Source: a virus (taxonomy: Duplodnaviria; Caudoviricetes). Taken from it: a DNA stretch of 37,265 nt. Made by a program: the position numbers and the translations under genes. Shown piece by piece: positions 17,751 to 26,386 of this stretch. Location of the stretch: positions 1-37,265 of the IMG/VR virus record IMGVR_UViG_3300049017_000049. One strand, given 5' to 3'. Each line of letters begins with the position of its first letter. Positions within the stretch are counted from its first letter, which is position 1. A model generated the notes under the pieces. The model was not told where the DNA came from. It saw nothing but the letters and a program-made list of their open reading frames with translations, and did no database searches.

Positions 17751-18368
17751 TTAGTCGCTGGACGACGAGCTGGAGCCGCTGTCGCTGCTGGAGGACGAGC
17801 TGCTGTCGGAGGAACTGGACGAGTACGAAGGCTCGCTGCTCGATGGGCTGGCATCCTGCGCTGGCGCAGGGGTTGGGTCGGGCTGGACTGCGTTCTTGAT
17901 CCAGTCAGGCTGCTCGGCCGGGATTGGGTTCAGCCAATCGCCGCTCGCGCCGCCACCATCGAAGGTGCCGCCTTGGCCGACCACTTCCGTCAGCACTGGG
18001 ATTGGGTCGGCGACAGGCGGGGCTGCAAACACGCCGCCGAAGCCGGTGTTCTCGTTCTGGAAGCTGACTTCGCCGGTGCGAAGGCCAGCGTACGCTTGGT
18101 CAGACACGCGGGCTTCCATTGCTTCAGTCTTGGCAGCTTGTCCGAGCTGATAAGGCATCCACCGGCAGTAGTGCCCTTGCAGTGGCAGAGCCTCGCCCTC
18201 CTGCACCAGCGGGATACAGGCCGAGCGCGGCTCGGGGCTGCCGTTGTGGTCGAACACGGCCAGGTTCACGGTGCCGTCCTGGTTGACGTGCGCGATCAGC
18301 GCGACTTGCTCTTCGGAGTCGCGATCGCGGAAGTAATGGACGACGCGGCCTACGGTTGGTTGAATCAT
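17751..18368 (-). CDS. Phage protein with PTVGRVVHY N-terminal domain and Ser/Asp-rich tail (205 aa)
   Basis: AAGGAG RBS before ATG 18368; low-complexity C-terminus. Confidence 0.7.
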   Translation of the reverse strand: MIQPTVGRVVHYFRDRDSEEQVALIAHVNQDGTVNLAVFDHNGSPEPRSACIPLVQEGEALPLQGHYCRWMPYQLGQAAKTEAMEARVSDQAYAGLRTGEVSFQNENTGFGGVFAAPPVADPIPVLTEVVGQGGTFDGGGASGDWLNPIPAEQPDWIKNAVQPDPTPAPAQDASPSSSEPSYSSSSSDSSSSSSSDSGSSSSSSD

Positions 18369-18421
18369 TTGGGGCTCCTTGTGGTGGTTGAGAACTGCGA
18401 AATACAGCGGGGTGAACATGA

Positions 18422-20515
18422 TCAATCTTTTCTGTACCTATATGCCTCGAAACCGGCGGCAGCAAGCGGCAGCCCCTCCGCCCAAGACGGCACTGTTGCC
18501 AGCAAAGACGAAAGGTGTTCGTGATTGAAGTCGCTGCTATCTGGTGCCTCGCAAATCAGTTCATCGTGAATAGAAAGCACGATGTCATAGCCGGCAGCCT
18601 GCACCGCCGGCATGTTGGCAGCCATGATGTCGCGTGCCAGGCTCTGGCAATACGAGTTGAAAATCTTGCCGCCGAACGTTTTCTGCCGGCCCCATTTGCG
18701 GGAGTACGGCGAGGCGCCGTTGTAGGTGAACTGGCCCCTGTCGTCCACTTTCGGCGACGGGTAGACCAGGTAGTTGCCGGACGGTAGGCGGATGCGCAGC
18801 CAGTTGCCGTCGCGGCGCATGCGTGTCTTCCCGCACGGTACGGTCACGCCTGGGTGCGTGACGGCGCGCACCACGCACTCCTGGATCTCGGCCCAGTGCG
18901 CGACGATGGACGGGTTCGCGTCGCGCCACATCCGCTTCAAGCCCTCGCAGCAGCAATAGGCGCGCTTCGACAGGCCGAATGTCGAGCGCTTCTTGCGCAC
19001 CGTCCATTCGTACATGCCCTCCGCATCGCTCTGGATGTCTGCTGGCAGAGTGTCCCAGGTGTGCTCGGCCAGTTCTTCCAGATCGATGCCGTAGATCATG
19101 GCCATCGACATGAACGCCCCTACTCCTCCGGCGTACTGCATGCTGAGCGCCAAGACCTTGCCTATGGTTCGCTGGTATTTGGTTACGCTGGCGGGGTCGA
19201 CACTGAAGGCGCGCGCGTACTCCAGAACGTACAGGTCATCGCCACGGCCGGCGTCGAACTCGCGCAGTGCTTCCAGCTTCCACTGCTCCTTGGCCAGCCA
19301 GGCGGCATCGCGATTTTCGATCCCGGCGAGGTCTGCCACCACCAGCTTCTTGCCGCGCGGAGCGATGATCATGCCGCGCAGAGACGATGAGGCCACCTCC
19401 ATGACGTTATCGAATATGATATCTTCACAGTTAGCCTTCATCGCAGCGATGCCCAGCTCCACCTCTTTTTGCAGCGCTTCATCCTTCAGCTTACCAATCT
19501 TCGGACGAAAATAATTTTGTGGCTGTAGCAGCTTTCCCGACCAGCGACGCGTGCGGCTGGCGCCGGAGAACTGCAGACAGCCACGCGCGCGGCCGTCACT
19601 GGACATCCCCTTCAATGCCTTCTTGTATTTGCTGGTGCTGCTGGCGCTGGCCTGCAAGCGAATGGACAGAAGCTCACGCAACTGCCACGGCAGGTTCTCG
19701 TCACCGATGCGGCGCTCCAGCGTGTCCTTCTTCAGGTCCGGCAATTCCACTCCGTACTCAGCCAGCAGGTGCGCCAGCAGCTTGTCGCGCTGCGTGGTGC
19801 GCGCGATCTCACCGTCCGTGAGTTCGACGGTGCGCTCGCCCAAGTTCTTCTGTGCGCGGTCGATCGCGCGGATGGCGGCGTGAATGAGATCAACGTCGAG
19901 CTGAAAACCCAAATTGTTAATTCTGTGGTCCATGTTCCAGAGCTCTTTCTCTGGACCGACTAGGGGCAAATTCCACTTCGGCATTTTGCGGTAGATCGCT
20001 CGCATGGACGGGATGTCCTGCATCGCGTAATGCTTGAACGCTTCCCACTCGATTGGGTGGGTGTGCCTGGTGGCGCGCTCACGGCGCAGGTTCTTGGCGG
20101 GCGGGCGGCAGAATAGATTTATGAACGTCTTTCCTTCCACTTTCTTGTCAGCCTCAGCCACGCCCATGATTTCACACAAGGCTCCTAGTGCGCCTGGCAG
20201 GCCGTGCGTCAGGGCTTGCGACAGCGTGTCGTACATCCGCTCCGGGGGCAGAATGATGTCGGGCATCGCGTGCTTGAGGATGGTGGAGTCGAAGGCGCCG
20301 CCGTTGTGCCAGATGGTCAGCACGCGCTCGTCGGACAGCCCGTCTTCCAGTTGCGACGGCATGCGCTCGCCAGTGGTCACGTCCCAAATCTTCGGCGCCT
20401 CGTCGTCGGCTGCGTAAGGGAACAGCAGTACCTCCGCCTGCTCGGCATAGCGGTGTGTACCGTCAGTGATTGGCGTCGGACTGAACGTCTCCAAGTCGCA
20501 CATTAGCTCCTTCAC
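18422..20515 (-). CDS. Family A DNA polymerase with 3'-5' exonuclease domain
   Basis: DLET and HN...FD (exo); DLAGIENR (motif A), RTIGKVLALSMQY (B), IHDE (C). Confidence 0.95.
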   Translation of the reverse strand: MKELMCDLETFSPTPITDGTHRYAEQAEVLLFPYAADDEAPKIWDVTTGERMPSQLEDGLSDERVLTIWHNGGAFDSTILKHAMPDIILPPERMYDTLSQALTHGLPGALGALCEIMGVAEADKKVEGKTFINLFCRPPAKNLRRERATRHTHPIEWEAFKHYAMQDIPSMRAIYRKMPKWNLPLVGPEKELWNMDHRINNLGFQLDVDLIHAAIRAIDRAQKNLGERTVELTDGEIARTTQRDKLLAHLLAEYGVELPDLKKDTLERRIGDENLPWQLRELLSIRLQASASSTSKYKKALKGMSSDGRARGCLQFSGASRTRRWSGKLLQPQNYFRPKIGKLKDEALQKEVELGIAAMKANCEDIIFDNVMEVASSSLRGMIIAPRGKKLVVADLAGIENRDAAWLAKEQWKLEALREFDAGRGDDLYVLEYARAFSVDPASVTKYQRTIGKVLALSMQYAGGVGAFMSMAMIYGIDLEELAEHTWDTLPADIQSDAEGMYEWTVRKKRSTFGLSKRAYCCCEGLKRMWRDANPSIVAHWAEIQECVVRAVTHPGVTVPCGKTRMRRDGNWLRIRLPSGNYLVYPSPKVDDRGQFTYNGASPYSRKWGRQKTFGGKIFNSYCQSLARDIMAANMPAVQAAGYDIVLSIHDELICEAPDSSDFNHEHLSSLLATVPSWAEGLPLAAAGFEAYRYRKD

Positions 20516-20706
20516 AAATTCTCCAAAAAGTTAAGTGCCAATTGCCCGGCTTTACGGTTGCTGGAATTAAGCCGCCACCGCTTGCGCGTCTGCATTCTGC
20601 CGGTTCATACCTATGGGGCGACAGTTTGCTGCGAGCCGGGCCTGTGTGCCATCCATGGCCGGGATGGTCGGGTGGTCTTGGAGACAGGCGGCCCCCAGTG
20701 TTTGGT

Positions 20707-20928
20707 TTAGGTCAGGCTTTTGCCGCGCAGGTTGAGCGGCATTTTCATGCGCTCGCGGGCGAAGTGAGCGCGCAGGTTACGGCCATACTGGCCGGCGCTC
20801 TTGCCCTTGCGGCTGCGCGGCTCGGTGGCGCGGTCTGGATAGTAGCTGCCGCCGACACCGGCGACCATGGCGGCGAGGCCGCCGATGCGGGCGAGCAAGG
20901 ACGCTGCCAAAGTGAAGCGAGTTTTCAT
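20707..20928 (-). CDS. Basic hypothetical protein (73 aa)
   Basis: GAGAG upstream; co-oriented between SSB and polymerase. Confidence 0.5.
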   Translation of the reverse strand: MKTRFTLAASLLARIGGLAAMVAGVGGSYYPDRATEPRSRKGKSAGQYGRNLRAHFARERMKMPLNLRGKSLT

Positions 20929-20956
20929 GATGTGCTCTCAAAGTTGGGAGGAAATT

Positions 20957-21014
20957 CTGGGCCGGCTTTCCACCGGACTTGGCCATTTGTAGCATGGCTT
21001 GCTCTCCCGCCCGG
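20957..21014 (-). ncRNA. Putative D-armless tRNA-like element
   Basis: CCGGG/CCCAG closing stem, GCCAT-GCTACAA-ATGGC and CCGG-TGGAAAG-CCGG. Confidence 0.4.
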
Positions 21015-21018
21015 GCTC

Positions 21019-21573
21019 TTAGATGTCGTCGCCAGCGTCACCGCCGTCGCCAAGATCCTCGAACTCGTCAGCGCTGGCCGCACGGCCGCCGCTGAACGCA
21101 TCGCCGTCTTTCAGGAACTGCACGCCCGACAGCGTCGCGTTGACACGCTTGCCGAACTTGTTGTCCTGAGCCCACACTTCGATGATCGCGTTGACGTAGC
21201 AGCCGGAGTAGATCACCCCGTCTTTTTCGGCCAAGGGCGACTTGTCACGGTTGATGACAGTCGGCCGCGCGGTGTTGCTGGCGTTGACGAACATGTTGCC
21301 TTCGTAGCCGGCGTAGTCGGACTTGTTGTCGCCGTCGTGGATGCAGGTCTTGTCGACCTTCACGATCTGCGCCAGGGTGGCGTCAGCCTTGGCGCCCCAC
21401 TTCTCCTTGGCCACTTCCTTGATCGCTTTGTCGATCAGCTTCGTGGCCGGGTGATCAGGAGGGAACAGGAACGCTGCGCCGAACTTCGGTTTGCCTTCAC
21501 CGCTGTCCGGTGCTTTCGCGGTGAACAGTTCAGGGAAGGCGATACGTACATTTGCGAGTGTGACTTTGGACAT
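21019..21573 (-). CDS. Single-stranded DNA-binding protein (DUF2815, T7 gp2.5-like)
   Basis: NVRIAFP.LF, IHDGD, IYSGCYVN and GVQF..DGD.F motifs; acidic C-terminal tail. Confidence 0.92.
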   Translation of the reverse strand: MSKVTLANVRIAFPELFTAKAPDSGEGKPKFGAAFLFPPDHPATKLIDKAIKEVAKEKWGAKADATLAQIVKVDKTCIHDGDNKSDYAGYEGNMFVNASNTARPTVINRDKSPLAEKDGVIYSGCYVNAIIEVWAQDNKFGKRVNATLSGVQFLKDGDAFSGGRAASADEFEDLGDGGDAGDDI

Positions 21574-21628
21574 TTTGCTCTTTCAGGTTGATTTTAGACT
21601 ACAGGAAACTACTTGCTGCTCTGACATT

Positions 21629-22963
21629 TTACTCCACTACTTCAAAACCGTCAGCAGGGTTTTCAATCTTGATTGCCGCCCGCTTGTCGCCAACCGGCGC
21701 GACGCTTGGAACAGGCGGGCGGCGATCGATCAAGCCGACCAGTTTCACCCAGCGTCGGGGCGTCGGCTTGAAGAACTTCTCCATCTGCGTGGGCGAGAGC
21801 AGGCGGAACGAGTACATGTCCTCCTGCTTGATGCGCAGCTTCTTCAGGGCGGTCTCGGCTTCGAGCTCGCTCTTCCACTTCCGGTTGCCCTGCTTGCCCA
21901 TCACCAGCTTGTAGCCTGGCACGTCCTTGCCGGCGAACAGCTCGGCCTCGGTCGCGGCGCGCACCGCCTTGATCCAGTCCTCGATGATGCCGGTGGCCGC
22001 CATGGCGCGCCCAAGGGTGGCCGGGTCGTGTGTCACCACGGTGCCCGGCAGTTCATCCTGGTCGAGTGCGTCGAACTGGTCGAACACCGCCTTGGCCACA
22101 TGCTCGCGCAGGGCCGAGCAGTTCGCCTTGGCCTTGCAGAACCGGCAGCCGTCCTCGGTTGGCGCCAGGAACTCGCGGATGTCGTGCCCTTCGCGCTTGA
22201 GCTCGACCACTTGGAACGACCGCTGGGCTGCCACCTTCGCCTCGTCGGCGAACACCATGATGTCCTCGAGCGTGGTTTCCCACTCGTCGTGGTGGTTGCG
22301 GCGCGGCTGGTGGATCGACATGCTGAACTTGCCGTAGTCGCCCACCGCGCTGAACTGATAGTAGGCGCCCAGGGCGTAGAGCTGCATCTGCTTGTTCTTC
22401 TCAGCGTACACCTCGACGCCGCGGCCGAACTTCAGGTCGCCGACGTGGATCTCGTCGTAGTCATTCGGCCAGGCAACGAGCAGGATGATGTCGCTCGTGC
22501 CGAACTGGTTCGGGATGCCGACGAAGGACGAGAAGTCCACGCGTACCTCGACCAGCAGTTGCACCGACAAGGCGCCGCGCAGCTTGTACTGCGCGATCTT
22601 GTCCAACACCTGGTCGATGTAGGTCTGGATGTGCTCAGCCATGTCGTCATCCACCTCGAACACGAACTCCGAGTACGACTCGTCGCCCATGACCGACTTC
22701 TTCATGGTCTCCGTGAACTGCTCGTCGCCGCTCTCGGCCGTGCGCCAGCACGTCACTGAGCGCCCGACGAACTCCTCGGCGCGCAGCGCCGGGCGGTTCT
22801 TCGTCACCGGGATCAAGCACTGCGCCGCGATGAAGTGTGCGCACGAGCCCTCAGCAGAGAACTCGTTGCTGCCGTCAGGCATGCCTTGCTCCATCGCCAT
22901 GGCGCCGGAGCAGGACATGTTGCGGGACGCCGATGATGGCGACCAGGATGCGTGCGCCGCCAT
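21629..22963 (-). CDS. Cas4-like PD-(D/E)xK exonuclease (DUF2800)
   Basis: HASWSPS, EGSCAH, GTSD, DLKFG, QMQLYALG, IHQPR and CRFCKAKANC. Confidence 0.9.
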   Translation of the reverse strand: MAAHASWSPSSASRNMSCSGAMAMEQGMPDGSNEFSAEGSCAHFIAAQCLIPVTKNRPALRAEEFVGRSVTCWRTAESGDEQFTETMKKSVMGDESYSEFVFEVDDDMAEHIQTYIDQVLDKIAQYKLRGALSVQLLVEVRVDFSSFVGIPNQFGTSDIILLVAWPNDYDEIHVGDLKFGRGVEVYAEKNKQMQLYALGAYYQFSAVGDYGKFSMSIHQPRRNHHDEWETTLEDIMVFADEAKVAAQRSFQVVELKREGHDIREFLAPTEDGCRFCKAKANCSALREHVAKAVFDQFDALDQDELPGTVVTHDPATLGRAMAATGIIEDWIKAVRAATEAELFAGKDVPGYKLVMGKQGNRKWKSELEAETALKKLRIKQEDMYSFRLLSPTQMEKFFKPTPRRWVKLVGLIDRRPPVPSVAPVGDKRAAIKIENPADGFEVVE

Positions 22964-22965
22964 GG

Positions 22966-23751
22966 TTATACGTCGTCTTCGGCCGTTTCGCTGGCCATCG
23001 GGTCGTATTCGCCGGCGAGGGTCTTGTTGGCCAGTTCGATGAAGTCACCGTACTGGGTAGGCTTCAGGCCGGAGGTCTTCGGTGCATCACCAGCCACGCC
23101 CAGGCGTTGCAGCAGCGCGACCAGCGCATCGCGGCCCTTGTCAGCAGCCAGCTTGACGGCCAGCGGCTTGATGTCGGTGTCCAGGCTGAGCTCGGCTGGC
23201 TTGGTTTCTTCCTTCGGCGGCTCGACTTTCTTTTCTTCCTTCGGCGCCTTGACCGTCTTCTCGGCCTTCGGCTTTTCTTCGGCCTTGAGGGTATCAACAG
23301 CTGGCGTTGTGCTGGCCTTGCCCGGGTTGTTGGCGATGTGCTGCAGCAGTGCGGCCGTCAGTTCTGCGACGGCGGCGGTGTTCTTTTCGATTGCTTGTTC
23401 GAGGGACATGTCGTCTTCCTTTGGTGGTTGGTGGGTTTGTACTGCGGATGCTGCGGTGTTAATCTGTTCCGGCTCACTGAAGCGCTGGAGAATCTTGGCC
23501 TTGCTGTAGCGGCTGAACACTTCCTCGGCCAGGATGCGGCACTGGGTGACGTCGGCACTGGCCGGCACCCAGGTCAGGCACATGCCGGTGGCGAAGTGCG
23601 AGAGCTTCTTGAGACCCTTGTTTTGCGGGTCGGTCGTGATGTGGGTGGCGAACTCGGCCCTGGTGCCTGCCACCAGCATGGTGAAGCGGTCGATGATCTC
23701 GGCCGACTCGGTCGTGCCGTCCATATTACTGATCAGAAAGGTCTCAGCCAC
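22966..23751 (-). CDS. Hypothetical protein (261 aa) with a probable second in-frame start at 23409
   Basis: GGAG before GTG 23751; AAGGAAG before ATG 23409 (MSLEQAIEKNTAAV...). Confidence 0.7.
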   Translation of the reverse strand: MAETFLISNMDGTTESAEIIDRFTMLVAGTRAEFATHITTDPQNKGLKKLSHFATGMCLTWVPASADVTQCRILAEEVFSRYSKAKILQRFSEPEQINTAASAVQTHQPPKEDDMSLEQAIEKNTAAVAELTAALLQHIANNPGKASTTPAVDTLKAEEKPKAEKTVKAPKEEKKVEPPKEETKPAELSLDTDIKPLAVKLAADKGRDALVALLQRLGVAGDAPKTSGLKPTQYGDFIELANKTLAGEYDPMASETAEDDV

Positions 23752-23786
23752 AATGTCTCCGGGTTAAAAGTTTCAAGCGAGAACGA

Positions 23787-23879
23787 AGCATGCGCGTGCT
23801 TTTGCACAAAGTCAATGCGTTGAGAACATATTTTTATTTGCCTGAACGCATTGACTTTTAAATGCCCCGTAAGCATACT
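23787..23879. promoter_or_regulatory. Divergent promoter pair with operators
   Basis: Leftward TTGACT-N17-CATGCT; rightward TTGACT-N17-CATACT; operators at 23815-23829 and 23862-23876. Confidence 0.8.
23808..23858. repeat. Perfect 14-bp inverted repeat carrying both -35 boxes
   Basis: AAAGTCAATGCGTT (23808-23821) / AACGCATTGACTTT (23845-23858). Confidence 0.9.
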
Positions 23880-23885
23880 CGCACG

Positions 23886-24128
23886 ATGAAAACTGAAAAC
23901 ACTCCCCTGCTCGAAGCGCGTATCGCCGCCGGCCTTACGCAAAAGCAACTGGCCGTCTCGTTGGGCATCGACCAAGGGCACCTGTCCCGGATCGAGCGCA
24001 ACCAGTGCCAGCCCAAACCGGACCTGGCTGCGCTGATCGTGGGTCAGTTCAAAGGCGTCCTGGACGAACTGATGGTGATCTACCCGGAACGCTTCATGCT
24101 GGTGCCGAAGAAGGGCTCGAAGAAATGA
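23886..24128 (+). CDS. XRE/Cro-like HTH regulator (80 aa)
   Basis: ARIAAGLTQKQLAVSLGIDQGHLSRIERN. Confidence 0.9.
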   Translation: MKTENTPLLEARIAAGLTQKQLAVSLGIDQGHLSRIERNQCQPKPDLAALIVGQFKGVLDELMVIYPERFMLVPKKGSKK

Positions 24129-24376
24129 GCAAGGGTGATAAGCGCCGCCCGGGCACCGGCTACGCTGAGGGGTTCGACAGGATCTTTCGCCGGCCGCCTG
24201 AGAAGCTGACGCTGGAAACGCTACGCAAGGTGTCTTCCCAGCTTATGGAAAATGCCGCACCGTCTGGAGACGTGCTGTGCTTCGTCAGTGAGGAAAGCCT
24301 GAAGACGCATTTCGGGCTGAGTGACGATGATGTGAAAGAGATTGTCGAGAACAACCGCGACAAAACCAAGTTTTAA
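24125..24376 (+). CDS. Hypothetical protein (83 aa)
   Basis: ATGA overlap; begins MSKGDKRRP. Confidence 0.7.
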   Translation: MSKGDKRRPGTGYAEGFDRIFRRPPEKLTLETLRKVSSQLMENAAPSGDVLCFVSEESLKTHFGLSDDDVKEIVENNRDKTKF

Positions 24377-24427
24377 TTGCAGGACTGCGCGGGCAGCATT
24401 CCCGTATAACCTTAAAGGAGTACCACC

Positions 24428-24844
24428 ATGAAATATGTAAAACTGTTGTTCGCGGCCTTGCTGGCCGTCTTCGCAATGGCTGCCTCGGCGGCTGACCTGC
24501 CGACGTCGTTCAACGCCGTCACCACGAATGGCACCGCGGTATCCATTTCCACTGCCCGCATGGCCAGCTTCGAGTGCGGCGGCGGCCAAGTCACCACGAC
24601 GCGTGTCGATTCTGCCCAGTTCTATTACATCGACACCAGCGGGTCGCTGTGCGCGAAGCTCCAGGCTCAGCCGAACTTCGTCAACAAGTGGGTCAAGCAG
24701 CAAGGCGTCAGCCGCTGGTTCCAGGCGATCCACGACTCGTCCCAGTGCTACGCTGGCTCGACGCTGATCAACTACAATACCGGCCTGACCATTTCCGGCG
24801 ATGGTTGTCAGCTCGACGCCGACCTCAAAGCGAAGTCGAACTAA
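24428..24844 (+). CDS. Secreted/periplasmic protein with Sec signal peptide (138 aa)
   Basis: AAGGAG RBS; MKYVKLLFAALLAVFAMAASA-AD; four Cys in the mature part. Confidence 0.85.
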   Translation: MKYVKLLFAALLAVFAMAASAADLPTSFNAVTTNGTAVSISTARMASFECGGGQVTTTRVDSAQFYYIDTSGSLCAKLQAQPNFVNKWVKQQGVSRWFQAIHDSSQCYAGSTLINYNTGLTISGDGCQLDADLKAKSN

Positions 24845-24861
24845 ACCGGCAGCCCAAAACG

Positions 24862-24894
24862 AAAAGCCCCGAGCGTTTGTCTCGGGGCTTTTTT
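24862..24894. terminator. Intrinsic terminator, probably bidirectional
   Basis: AAAAGCCCCGAG-cgtttgt-CTCGGGGCTTTTTT. Confidence 0.9.
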
Positions 24895-24971
24895 ACTTCT
24901 GGAGGGTCTATGGAAATCAAGTGTCCTCTGTGCGGCGGGCCGCACGACCTGAGTTCCTGCAAGCGCTGGCG

Positions 24972-25562
24972 TCAAGCCGCCTGCTTTTCCGTATTGCGCG
25001 AGCGGATCAGCTTTTGCAACTTGGAGACAGCGTCGCGCAGTTCCTCGTTGGTGGCCGCCTCGTCCACGTGGATGCGCACGTGCGGGCTCTCCAGCTCGAA
25101 CAGGTAGGCCTGGCGATCCGGCTTGTGCTCTGCGGCCGGCTCCTTGATCGGCACCACCTTGGGCTTGACGGTCGGCGCGGCGCCGCAGTGCGCAAGCACG
25201 CGCTCGATGCTGTCGAGCTTCATCTCGCCGAGCTGGGTGGCGATCGCGCTGATGGCACGGCCGTTCTTCTCTTCGCCGACCCAGGTTGCAATCTGCTCGG
25301 CGCCCAGGGTCTTGAACAGGATGGACGCAGCGCCGACCTTACGGCGCACGGTGTTGTACTCGCTGCCGGTGTAGCTACCGCAGTCCATGCCGGCACGCGC
25401 GTAAACCGCGACCAGGGCGTCCTTCGCCTTCTCGCTGGCGCCGCCTTCGAGCATGAAGATGGCCAGGCCGACAGCGACTTGGATATGGGTGATGCGCTTC
25501 TGACTGAAGGCGGCGTGCTCGAGCGCGGTGACACAGGCGTTTGCGGTAATGTTGGTTCTCAT
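24972..25562 (-). CDS. Hypothetical protein (196 aa)
   Basis: AGGAG RBS; phage-like codon usage; isolated minus-strand gene. Confidence 0.75.
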   Translation of the reverse strand: MRTNITANACVTALEHAAFSQKRITHIQVAVGLAIFMLEGGASEKAKDALVAVYARAGMDCGSYTGSEYNTVRRKVGAASILFKTLGAEQIATWVGEEKNGRAISAIATQLGEMKLDSIERVLAHCGAAPTVKPKVVPIKEPAAEHKPDRQAYLFELESPHVRIHVDEAATNEELRDAVSKLQKLIRSRNTEKQAA

Positions 25563-25589
25563 GGGAAATCTCCTAACGGTTAGTGGGAA

Positions 25590-25662
25590 ATGCAAGGCTA
25601 GCATTTATTTCCTGCTTTGTCCGCACAATTGCCTTGACTGTTGTATGTTTCAGACGCATAAT
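25590..25662 (+). promoter_or_regulatory. Promoter with two operators
   Basis: TTGACT-N17-CATAAT (25634-25662); ATGC-N7-GCAT at 25590 and ATGT-N7-GCAT at 25645. Confidence 0.75.
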
Positions 25663-25699
25663 TGATTCGGGTCAATTTATCCATTAACGAAAGAAAACA

Positions 25700-26386
25700 A
25701 TGCGGCAACTTTCCCCGTCCGATTTGAACTTCGTCCTCTCTCGCTGCCCGAAAGACATCGTCAAGTTGTTGCGCGAAAATACGCTCTACCTGGCCGGCGG
25801 CTTCATCCGCGAGACGATCGCGGGCAACAAGCCGGTCGACATCGATCTGTTCGGCGCCGACACGACGACTCTGCGCACGGTTGCCCTGGACCTGGCCATC
25901 TCGCGTGGCGTCAAGCCGTTCACGACCAAGAACGCGGTGACGGTGATCTCGCATCCGCGCCTGCCTGTCCAGTTCATCACGCGCTGGGTGTTCGACAACG
26001 CTGAACAGACGGCCACCTCGTTCGACTTCACGGTGTGCCAAGCCGTCGTCTGGTACGACCCGGTCAGCGCTTGTTTCATGTCGCAGGTGCACGATGCGTT
26101 CTACGCTGACCTGGCGGCGCGGCGCCTGGTCTACACTTACCCGAACCGGGACGAGGACGCCGGCGGCTCGATGCTGCGCGTGATCAAGTTCATCCGCCGC
26201 GGCTATGTCATTCAGGCGCCGAGCCTCGGCGGCGTGATCGCGCGCATTGCCATGAAGGTGCGTGGCGGCGGCATGGTCAGCACGGAGCAGGACTTCGGCC
26301 TCGTCGTGGCCGGCCTGCTGCGCGAAGTGGACCCGCTGACGATCGTCGACGGCGTCGATCTGCTTGACGAACACGAGGTGCAGTGA
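25700..26386 (+). CDS. Nucleotidyltransferase resembling the CCA-adding/poly(A) polymerase head domain
   Basis: LAGGFIRE...DIDLF and FDFT motifs, then R..KF..RGY. Confidence 0.8.
   Translation: MRQLSPSDLNFVLSRCPKDIVKLLRENTLYLAGGFIRETIAGNKPVDIDLFGADTTTLRTVALDLAISRGVKPFTTKNAVTVISHPRLPVQFITRWVFDNAEQTATSFDFTVCQAVVWYDPVSACFMSQVHDAFYADLAARRLVYTYPNRDEDAGGSMLRVIKFIRRGYVIQAPSLGGVIARIAMKVRGGGMVSTEQDFGLVVAGLLREVDPLTIVDGVDLLDEHEVQ

Noticed and set aside
21629-22963. Cas4-like gene as a sign of CRISPR-Cas
   Set aside because: No repeat-spacer array or other cas genes seen; this nuclease is a standard part of this phage replication module.
15079-23823. Long plus-strand ORFs (500, 349, 422 and 328 aa) over the replication module
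   Set aside because: Antisense to genes with clear helicase, SSB and nuclease motifs.
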